A stretch of 64,000 nucleotides of DNA from Ruditapes philippinarum (Eukaryota), in the NCBI RefSeq assembly GCF_026571515.1, contig NW_026854037.1, forward strand, positions 1 to 64,000, read 5' to 3'. The notes beneath the pieces are model-generated. The model was given only the letters and a program-made list of their open reading frames with translations, did no database searches and was not told the origin of the DNA. The stretch's first letter is position 1. The number at the start of each line of letters is the position of its first letter. This document shows positions 25,001 through 37,000 of this stretch, in pieces. Made by a program: the position numbers and the translations under genes.

Positions 25001-28000
25001 TTTTGTCTTTCTCGGTTTAGAACTGTTCACGTTTTAGAGGAGAAGATGTGTAAGCGGCCGGATAGCTAAGTCGTAGAGCTGCAGTACGGTATTCCGATGG
25101 TCTCGGGTTCGAGTCCGGGTCAGGCTGCACATTTTCTTTGTTTGTGATTGAAGTTTTTACACTTTTTAATCAGTAAAATCTTTTTCACTGTAATTTATTT
25201 ATTTCTTAAAGTATTTACTTCCAAATTGAATTATATGTTTCTGATTATCAACCACATCATATGTGACAAGGTTCACAACTAGGGCATAAAAATTATCTGA
25301 ACTTACCCCTCCCGCTTGAAATTAGAGATGTCATAAAAAAAATTCGTAATAACTTCTTTATTTTTAATATATCTACTTTAAACTTCGCATATATGTTTCG
25401 TATCATCAACCACAACATATATGTGACAAGGTTAATAATTCAAATACCTATATTTACAGAATTATCTTCATATGTCTTAGAAATTTCAAGAAAAAAATGT
25501 TTGTTCGCTATAATTTCTTTCTTTCTTTCTTTTTTTCTTTCTTTCTTTCTTATTTTTCTTTCTCGGTTACTGTTCACTATTTAGCGGAGAAGATGTGTAA
25601 GCGGCCGGATAGCTCAGTCATAGAGCCGCGGTAGGGTATTCCGAGGGTCTCGGGTTCGAGTCCGGGTCAGGCTGCACATTTTTTTCACCCTGTGACATTT
25701 GGCGCCCAACGTGAGGCCGTGACTGAATACAGCTCAGAGTTTAATTCACATTGCTCTGTAACTCTGTGAAATTCGAGGACGAATTTTAATATAGCAGGGG
25801 AGTATGTCACGGTTCAGAACTGTTCACTATTTAGTGGAGAACATGTGTAAGCGGCCGGATAGCTCTGTCGGTAGAGCCACGGAACGGTATTCCGAGGGTC
25901 CCGGGTTCTACTTCAGGCTTCAAGTATTATCACTCAAATCGTGTGTGAGAAGATTCAATACGCTATGTTGACCATGTCCAAATCCCCCCCCCCCCGAACT
26001 TAGATTTTATTTCTAGAAGTTATTGTTTTTTTATTCAAACAATTTTTTAAAAGAATTAACTCTAAAATTTTAACTCACGCATCAATATAATATGACAAGG
26101 AATATAAATCTTGAGTCCATATTTTCAGAAGAATCACCCCTTAAACTTTGAATGAGTAGATTTATAAGTCTAGTGCCTGGGTTTCCATGATTATTTTTAT
26201 AATGAACTTTAATTTATAATAAATTTATTTGATAATATATATTAATATATAAGACAACTTTGTATGTGTATTGTGTGTTCTATAGATTATATAGTGAACT
26301 TATAAAGAAATTCTCCCAAAACACAGTTAGTTAAATATTATCCAAATTTTGTAGGATTGTTTCTTGGGTGGTTGGCTGAAGGGCTTCGAAAGCTTTCTAA
26401 AGAATTTGATTCATGCAGTAATCCTGTTACCATAGCAACCAAAATAAACAATTAGTAAGAATTAAAAAAATCTTCTTCTAAAGACCCACACATCCTTAAG
26501 CTTAGATTTTTGCCTAATGTATTTTCCATTGGACCTCTACCAAGATTGTTCGAATAAGGGCCCTGGGGTCAAAATTGGCTTTCAAAATCTACTTGTCTGA
26601 AGGAAGAAGGCTTAATGCTTTAATATTTGTTATATATTATCATTTATAGGTCGTCTACAAAGGTACAATGCATAGAGCTTTGATATATAATGTCATCTAT
26701 AGGTCCACTTCAAATTGTGTTCAAATTTACCCCTAGTGTCAAAATTGGCTTGCCCCGGAGGTAACAGGTTTTCCTTATACGTATATAATAAAAACTAAAA
26801 AACCTTTCTGAACTGACAAGGTTAGATGTAAGATAATTGGCATGAGATATAGTGTAGTGGTCCTATACCAAAACTAAAGCCCTGGGGTAAAAATATTCCC
26901 CGCCCGAGATGTCATTGATTTTTCATTTTGTGCATATGGTAAAAACATAATTATAGCCTTATTTGATTATTCATGTAAGAAAAACCTATACCCACGGGGC
27001 AAGGCCAATTATGACGCAAGGGGCAAAATTAAGAAACTTTAACGGGACCAAAGATGATAGTACATGTATATACCACATACTTTTTACTTTCTGACAAGAT
27101 GAATTTTAAAATTTTTTACTATTTGTACATAATGAAATCAATTACCCCCGTGGCGGAGCCAATTTTGAATGTTTAGATTTACAAAGGTGAGAGGTTTGAT
27201 ATCTAGTACGAAACATTGTTAAGTGGAGCTACACTAAGATTGTTCAAATTATAGCACTGGGGTCAAAATTGGCACGCCCCTGGGGTTATTGATTTTTAGT
27301 ATGTACATATAGTAAAACATTGTCTAAAGGTACAATGCATGGAGCTTTAATATATACTATCATCTATAGGTCCACTATAAAGTTTGCCCCTTATGTCAAA
27401 TTGACCCAACTCCGCGGTCATATGTTTTCCTTATATGTATATAGTAAAAACCTAATAAACCTCTTCTCTGAATTGACAAACGGTAGAGGTTAGAGACTTG
27501 GCATGAAACATTGTGTAGTAGAACTCTACCAAGATTGTTCAAATTATACCCCTAAGGCCTGAAATTGATTTCGTCCCGAGGGTCATTGATAACCATTATG
27601 TACATATAATAAATCATTAAAACATCTTCAGCTGGCCCGAAGAACGAAGCTTAACCCATTTTTTTGGTACACAATATCGTCCATAGGTCCTCTATAAATG
27701 TTTTTCAAATTATTTCATAGTGTCAAAATTGGCATTGCCCAGGGGGGGGGGGGTCATAGGTGTTCCTTATATGTATAAAATAAAAGCTTAAAAATCTTCT
27801 TTTCTGAATTGAAAAAGGCTAGAGGTAAGATATGTGACATGAAACATTGTGTAGTGCAATATACCAAGATTATAGCCCTGGGGTAAAGATTGGCCCACCC
27901 TGGATGGTCATTGATTTTCATTAAGTTAAGATTTTAGTGCCATTTTGAGCTATGTTTTACATTTAATTTTGGTATACTACGTTGTAATGAAACTTGTATG

Positions 28001-31000
28001 TAAAAGTAAGATAATGGTGCAAATAGAGCAAGATATTGTATTATCCATTTCATTGGGTTCGGTAATGATCCTAAATTTTGCTTGCCAGTTGGTGTCTTAA
28101 CAACTAATGAAAGGAATGTGTTAAGGTTTCAAACACATATTTGAGAGCAAATATGAGGTGTCTGTCTAAGGTTTATAGCTCTAAACCGTATTTTGACAGG
28201 ATTATAGCCTTTTAGGAACTTAGACATTTCTTGGCTAAAATTGTGCATGTAAATTTAAATCAATCTTTCAAACTTCTAAGATATTATCTTGAAACTTAAT
28301 ACATATCTTCGGGATCATAACTTGAGATCGCTATCATTAGTATCAATTATGTGAAATATAGCCATTTTGATTTGTTGGTTAAATTTTACACTTAACATCA
28401 ATCTTCAAAAGTATGTAAATGTATTGACATCAACATTTTATTTGTCTTTGGGATCAAAACTGAAAGTCACTTATGAAGGCTTATAATTTTGATACGGATT
28501 TTACTGAATTATGGCTCTTTATGGCTCTTTTGTCGATTTTTGCATATGACATTATTTTTCTAAACTAATAATGCTCTTTATTTTCTTTTCTTAATCCGTG
28601 TCTGCGGGATAATGATTCAATTTCACAGGTCACTTGCATGCAGTATTTTTTGTTGTTGATCTGTACGTTAGTTATTTCACGGCGTCTCAACGCCGTGATA
28701 TTGTGATGGGTAGTTTTCGGTAGCATGGGCATAAGTCATGTGACAAAATGCCTTTCGATTTCTACAGCCGACATTTTATTGATTTTTTACGCAATCATTG
28801 TACAGCCCATTTCCGTGAAAAGTTACATAGAAACAGTTTTTTTTTCAAAACCATATAGAATCTAATCAGTATTTTATCAACACATGAAATATCAGTGTTT
28901 TATATTAACACATTTTCGCACATCCTTATGACACACTTCAGAAATTCGCCAGTTAGCATTGTCACCGTACGGAACGTGTTACAGTATCGCGTTTTCCGGT
29001 TACAGTATAAAATTTTTAAGATGAGAAAAGAAGTAGGGTCGTAAAGTTGTTTTTGTGCTTTGCTTGTAAGGAACAGAATCCGGTATCTAGCCAAATATTT
29101 CTTCAGACCCTGCACCCCAGATTTATCGCTAAATTGTCTCATAAATGTGCAGATTTGACAGTTTAAAAATTTGAATCGGGAGACCTACGCATTTTTCTCC
29201 CATTCCGACATTATTTAAGCATGCCTAGATAAAGTACATTGTGTAAATCTACAAAACATTAGTCCTTTGTGTTTAGAAACGTTTATATAAAAGTAAATGA
29301 CCAGTTGAAGAAAAAAAAAACCAGTGTTACAGTATAGCGCGAGGTTAATTTTGAAGGGTTACAGCATAGACCTAGCGACTTTGATCCAATTTTGTTACAG
29401 TTTATACCCAGATTTCGGTTACAGTTTAGGATACTTGCCAAATTTCAAACAAAGTTCGTGCATCGCTTATTGTTATGAAATTACTCATACCTTTCTATTT
29501 AATACATTCTTGAAAGGTTGTATTACTTTTTTTCTTCAGCAGAAAAGTTATACTAGTAGTTTGCTATTGTTTTACTTTAAGTTTCAGATTGAGACTTTTT
29601 GATGAATAAGTAATGTCCTAAGTAAGGACTGTTTTCACGACAACAACAGTAACTTTTATCGAATTGTATCGAGAGATGAAAGATTATTGCTTGATTTCAT
29701 TACACATTATAATAATGCCTATTAGGCTACTAGTAATAAAATAGAGAAAAAAGAATCTTTAACAGAAGTCCAACACGGAAAACATGAAAATGTTGCAGGC
29801 TCAGTTTGATTAAACCTGTTCATAGACGATAGTGGTAACTGCAAGCTACTGTCCACGCCTCCTAGCATCGGCTTCGGCAGAATTCACATTAAAACATGAA
29901 CTGGTACACTTTAGATTTTTAACATCTGTGGATGTGTTCATATGGCGGTTATCATGGAACTTTCAATGTGACACGTTATTTCCATTCTATGACAAGCGGC
30001 ATATTATCCCCAGGTTAAAATTTGCGTGTGCCCTAAACGAGAATACAATGAGTGAAACTAAATAAAATGAAATTTTGACAGGGGATCGGAGGTTATGAAG
30101 CCTGCATACCATAGTTAAGCTGTCAAAAGACAGAATTAACAAGCAGGCAATGCCCTAAGAATGATTAAACAGTATTTAAGTGAGCAATATAACAATCTTA
30201 AATTTTATTTTAATTTGGAATTTCCATCTACCATAATGTATTTTGTAAATATTTAAAAGGGTTTGTTACTTTTTGGCTTTCTTGGATTTTAAGTTTCAAC
30301 GACACTGAGATCATGTGAAAACATTCCTACTTAAGTGTAAAGAAAAACCCCAGATACCTTTTGTGAAACATTTCAAACACGAGCGGGCACCTAACTAGAA
30401 CCACCGACCTTCCGTAAATTAGCTTGATAGATTCCTCACATACAAATAATCCAAAGTCATGATTTGATTTCAACTTCAGCAGTAAATGAAAGATAATTTG
30501 AAGTCGACGGCCTTATCCCGACTCTGCCACTTTTATGAACGCCCATCAGGTTCACTAGAGAAGATAATGTAATAGTCTGACCTTAATTTATACTCTTTCA
30601 ATATTATTTTCTTTTTCAGAAACATGAAAACTGCTATACAGGATGTCTGAAATAAAAAAAAACGACTTTTAATTCAATTATGACAAATAATCGTAACTTC
30701 AACAAAGACGCATTCGAAATGACCCAATGATCATGATTTGATTTGAATGCTTTTGGTTCGAGATGAGAAGGGTCTTTAAACATTGCCTTTTTTCAAAATC
30801 TATGTTTTGGGCTTTCGTATCCCCGATTGCAACCGAAACCATTTGGACAACTTAATTGGTAGACAGTCAGGTAAATTTCATCACATTTAATCAAGAAGTT
30901 ACTAAGCGGATGGGATTGCACACACGTATTAAGGCATGACAATAAGTATTTATATGTGTACGTCAGACGGACGAATATAGCCATCGGGCCAATAATCTCA

Positions 31001-34000
31001 CAGAGATTTAAAAGTCTATTTAACATTCATACATTTTACCTAGTATGTACAGAAAATATCGCAGTCTAAACTGTAACCGAAACCTGGGTATAAACTGTAA
31101 CACAATCGGATCAAAGTCGCTAGGTCTTTGCTGTAACCCTGCGAAAATCACCTCGCTCTGTACTGTAACATTGTTTATTTTTTCAAACGCATTTAACGAA
31201 CAAGAAAATAGGTTCAACTGGTCATTTACTTTTATAAACGTTTCTTAACATAAGGGACTAACGTCTTGCAGATTTACTTTTTCTAGGCATGCATACATAA
31301 TGTCGAAAATGAAGAAAAATGCGATGGTCTATCGATTCAAATTTTCAAACTTGTCATATCTGCATATTTATGAGACTATATAGCGATAAATCTGCGGTGC
31401 AGAGTCTGAAGAAATATATGACTAGATACCGGATTCTGTTCCTTACAAGCATTTAAGCACAAAAACATCTTTTAGGAACTAAACTACTTGTAGTATGGAC
31501 CGGGATAAAAATCACCTACCTGTCCTCCCAACAAATAAGCCTCAATCTTTAAAATTCTATACTACTGTAACACGTTCCCTACAGTGATTGTATACGCACC
31601 GGTCTCTCAAATATCGACAATGGACAGTTAAAGGATTATGTATGGTGGCTGATTTACGCCATGTCGTATTTTCGCTTCTTCGCCTCAAAATACGAAAATG
31701 CGAAAACAGGAAAGGACGAGAAAGTTGGACTTATGTGTTCTCATGTCGGAGTAAATCTTTTCACGTGTAAAATGTCTTTTGAACATTACATTTCTAAGTT
31801 TCTATATTTGCAATTAAAAGCTTTAATTGTCTTTTTTGAATAATTTCATTTTTCTTGCGCAATAACACATTTTTTTCTCTAAACTGACACTTGGTTTTCT
31901 ATATTCGTTTCACAATAAACATTCACCATACCAGGTTGTTCAATAACTTAAGTTGGTCCGTAAATCAAGCCTTTACCACAACATCAAACTTCATTCAGAA
32001 TTCATGTCTCATTATTGTGAGCAAAATTCTGAGTTTCCTTTAGATATGTTAGATATGAGCAAATGCGAGGGGGATATAGAATTAGTCTCCGTCCGTCTAT
32101 ATGTCCTTCCTGCCGTCAGTCCATCCACATTTTTGTCTGGATCATATCTGAAAAAGTATCAACTTGAAACTTCATAGGTGGAGATATCAACTTGAAACTT
32201 CATAGGTGGATAAATCAAATTTAGGAGAAATGCAGTGCACAAGAATGATAACTCTACCCTGCATAATTTTTCAGTTATTGCCCTTTGTGATTTTTCAAAC
32301 TTAATTTTTGTCCAGATCATAACTGAAAAAAGCCTTTGAGATATCAACATAAAACTTCATAGGTGGTTAGATCTCTATCTTAGTGATAACTCTACCTTTC
32401 CTAATTTTTGAGTTATTGCCTTTTATTACTTTTTTAATACTTAATTTTCACCTGAGTGGAGTATAAATAAAGTCAAAAAATTGAGATGTCAATATGAAAC
32501 TTCATAGGAGGATAGACTTTGTGAGGAGGACTGTTGTGCGAAAGAATGATAACTCTACCCTTTTTAATTTCTAAGTTACTGCCATTTGTTATTTTTCATA
32601 CTTTGTGTCCGGAGCATATCTGAAAAAGTGTAAGAGGTAACAACTTGAAACTTCATAGGCGGATAGATCTCATTGAGGAGGAGTGCGCAGCACATAATAA
32701 TAATAACAAACCGTGCATTATTTTTCAGTAATTGCCTTTTGTTATTTTTCATACTTAAATTTTGTCCAGAGTATAACTACAAAAGTCTTTGAGATATCAA
32801 CATGAACCTTCATAGGTAGATAGATCTTACTCAGGAAGTTGCAGTGCGCAAGAGTGATAACTCCACACTTCATAATTTTTGAGTTATTGCCCTTTGTTAA
32901 TTTTCATAATTATTTTTTCACCTGAGTGGAGCATAAGTCAAAAAGTCTTTGAGATGTCAACATGAAACTTTATAGGTGAATAGATCTGATTAAGAAAGGA
33001 TGATGTGCACAAGAATGAGAACTCTATCCGTTATAATTTTTGAGTTATTGCCTTTTGCTATGTTTTATACGTTTTGTCTGGAGCTTATCTAAAAAAGCGT
33101 TCGAGGTTACAACTTGAAACTTCAGATGGATAGATCTCATTTAGGTGAAAAGCAGCATATAAGAATGATAACCAATCGTGCCTTTTTTTCAGTTATTGTC
33201 CTATTTTATTTTTCATACTTAATTTTTGTCCAGGTCATAACTAATAAAGCCTTTGAGATATCAACATTAAACTTCTTGGATAAATCTCACTCAAGAGGTG
33301 TGCAGTAAAAAAGAATGATAAATAACTGCTTTACTACATATACATTGCTCTTGTAACAAGTTACATTATAATACTTAAAAACCTTCTCAACAAGTTAACA
33401 TGTCAATTCAGCGCAATGCTATTTGGAGATACCTTATCATTACACTTAACTGTTGTGTTTTTTGTTTTTTGTCGGAGTTGTTTTTTCTCTTTCATTTTAG
33501 TTTTCCGCCGTGACAATCACATTGCTGCATTTGCCAGCAATTTTTTACTTGTATCAATCATGTACCCGGGGTCAAAAATGTCCTTATCCTTTCACCTTAG
33601 GATTACTTAGTTTACATAGTCTTAATACAGTAATATTGTCATATAAATATATTCCTCCAAAAAATCAAAAGAAAGAGCACATGTTTTTGCCCTCTGTTTA
33701 ATTTCTCAACTGATATTAAATATATATTCACATTAAACTATCCTAATAAGAATGCATTTATTAAGGGAATGTAACCTTAAAAATCTATTTTCTCCCATAA
33801 TTAGCTCATTTAGCATGAAGTGCTTAAAAGTGCGCTTAAGTTTTCACCCTGCGTCTGTCTTGTTTTAAAAATGGCGTCAAACAGTTTCTTAAAACAAGAT
33901 CACCTAAACAACTTTGCCAAAATTGATAATACTAAATAGGAATGTTCCTGGTATGAAGCTCTTACATAATTGTTCAAAACATGCTACTCCAATCAGAACC

Positions 34001-37000
34001 CTGCTTGCCATGGGAACCATAAATGGCAACCAAAAGAATCAAAATAACTTTTTAAGCCTTTTCATACAAAAACCAAGGGTTAGAGTTTAGGTATTTAGCA
34101 TGAAACTTCACGCAGTAAGCGTGTACCACGTTTGATTAAATTATAGCTCCTTGGGTAAAAATTGTTCCCACCCAAGGGCGTTATCAGTTTCGCATGTTTG
34201 TAGTGATAAATATCTCCTCTGAACCACAATGTCTAGATCTAATATATTTGGCATAGAACATAAGCTTATGGACATCTTCTAAGTTTTTGCAAACCATATC
34301 CGTGGGGTTATAATTGCTCCCGGTAATGTCATTGAATTTAGTTAATATAAATATAGAAAATAATGAAAATACTTTTCTCTGAAATTAAGATATATGGCGT
34401 GAATGTTGGCTTATTACGTTTGAAATAATACCTCTGTGGTCTGACCGGAGAATATGGGACATGTACTAAGACATTTGACATAAAATTTGTTTAGTCATCT
34501 TCCACCAAGTTTGTTTAAATTACAGCGTTGGGATCTGATAGGTTACCCCCCGGGGTGGTTGTAATCATGGGTTTTTCGAACCAAGGGCCATGCTTCAGTT
34601 AAAATCTATAAAAGATTGAATGGCTTTGAAAAGTGATCTGCAAATTAAACTATGATCCCCACAGACATTATGCTACTTACTTTATCTCATTTCTCTACAG
34701 ATGAGCTGCCCGAAGAGATTCGGCAAATGGATGATAGATCTATACAAATCTTTACAAAAGCGTTACAGGAAGGAAAGGTCCCAGTTCGAAACATTCGAGT
34801 TATGGTAGTGGGTCATTATGAAGTTGGGAAATCAACACTTACAAAACGCCTTTTGGGCATGCCAGTTGATATAACAATAAGAAAGCCAACAGAAGGTATA
34901 GATGTACACACAGACAGATGTAGACGCTTGGAGGATGGAACATGGATGTTGCCCAAATCAGGTAAATTTTGAAAGGACAGATATTCATATGATATTTGAT
35001 CTTGATTAAAACTCTTTTGCAAAACATTTGCATTACCTATAATTTTACCACAGTTTTTACTAGGAAAAGTAATCTCCGATGGAAAAGTAGGTCTCAGGAG
35101 AAAGAAAAAACTCTTGAAAACATTCGTTGTCTAAATATCCTTGAACTTAGTTAGAGAGGTTATTAAGATAAATTATAGCTCAAGTTGGAACATGGGTTAC
35201 ATGGCGTCAAAACCTAGGTAACACAGCAACACTATGGAAACGCCTTGTTAATACACTTAAGGTAATTGTTTTGGTTCAAATATCACAGAAATTAGTCAGA
35301 AATCTTGTTTTGAGGATTTTAAGGTCAAGTCTGCATATGTGTTATCTGGGGTAAAAAATAAATCAAACAGCTCAAATTTGAAAGAAAAACAACTAATTAA
35401 CACTATAAAGACTACCATTTGGGTTTCAATATTCCGGAAATTTGTCGCAAAATGTGTATATGATTTCTAGCTCAAGATCGCTTCACTATTAGTCACCTTG
35501 GTAAACACTTGGTAACACAGCACAAATGTTGAAAAAGCTTAAACTGTTCAGGTTTAATTTTCAGCCAAATTGGGTCTGTAATTTGATGATTTCAAGGTAA
35601 GTTAGAATATTGGTCATCTAGGATCCTAAAATAGGTCACGCAGTCCAAATATTTAAAACAACGTTAACACTTTAAAGGCTAATGTTTGAATCTAAAATTC
35701 CTTTTAAATTTGTCAGAAATGTTGTTCAGATGATTACAAGCTAAAATTCGAATATTGGCCACAAAGCCTTGTTAACACTCTACAGGAACCATTTTAAGCC
35801 GAAATATCCTGTACATTTGTCTGAAAGATTGTTTACACGATTTCTGGGTATGGAACAACTAGGGTCAAAAACAAGGTCTCACAGCTGAAATGAGGAAGCA
35901 CCCTGTTAACACTCTAGAAGTAACATTTTAAAGAGAGACACAGGCAAAATTTTCATTTCTTAGTTTTGAATTTTTCATTCATTATTCTGTAAATGCCCTC
36001 AAAATGAATATATTAGACAGCCAAAAGAACAAAACTTTTCTTCATATAAAGAATGAAATGGTGGTTTCCTAACTTGACCCGCGTGGGTCAGGTTAGAGCG
36101 CTAGCTTTTCACAATAGTTGTCAAAGTGAACTCTGGAAATGTTAAAGAACATGTAAAATGAATGACTTAAGCTTGTTCTAATCATACAATGAATGTTATT
36201 GTAACTTTTAGGGTTTGTTCAAGTCGCCTGACTTGTTTTAAAACTATTTTGTGATTCTATTGGCGTCTAAATTGTGTGCAACATATATAAATATATTTAC
36301 GCTTAAAACCAAAAATATATAGAATTTAAACAGAAATCCATGCTGAAACTTCAAGAAAAGTTATTTTAGCGTGATTTGAGTACATAAGATCATTTAAATA
36401 TTTTTGTCATTATTTTGCCTAAATATCCCTTTGAGTATATCTTGGAAATTGGTCAAAAATTTTGTTTTTGTGAATTCTAGCTCAAGTTCGGATATGGTTT
36501 ATCTGGGGTCATAAACTACGTCACAGAGCCCAAATATAGAAATGCTGTTTTTATGATTTCTAGTGAAACTGAAAATATGGGTCACCGTAGGTGTTAAAGT
36601 AGGTCACTCAACGCCCAAGAATGGAAACTATTTGTTAGCACTCTCAAATAATTATTTTCACCTGTTTCGCCTTTTGCGTCTATAAGTCTTTGACTGACAA
36701 TGACTTTAAACAGATGACTGCTTTGTGGATTAAATATTTGCAAATATTTTTTTCTGAACTTGTTTTTAAATATAAAGGCAATATTTTGAATGACATAAGT
36801 AGAAATTTATCTTCACATTTATACGCCGAAATCACTTGTGTACACAGTCCAATCATTCTGGTGACAAACATGACTCTTTGCTGGGTTCATTACCTCACAA
36901 TAATTACACTTAAATCCCTCCTTTTTGGTATACACCTAGTGATAATATAGCCGAAATAAAAATTACCTACTTCTCTGACTGCTAATTGTTCGCCATGTTC

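Noticed and set aside
25052-25908. Cluster of three tRNA genes
   Set aside because: The copies are degenerate and embedded in LTR, PBS and PPT structure, so they are better explained as TRIM LTRs.
29832-30065. 77-aa ORF inside the foldback element as a transposase remnant
   Set aside because: No recognisable DDE, RAG1 or zinc-finger motifs, and a non-ATG start.
34652-34700. ATG at 34652 as the start of a stand-alone Roc gene
   Set aside because: This stretch is a branch site and polypyrimidine tract ending in CAG at 34700, which fits an intron end better.
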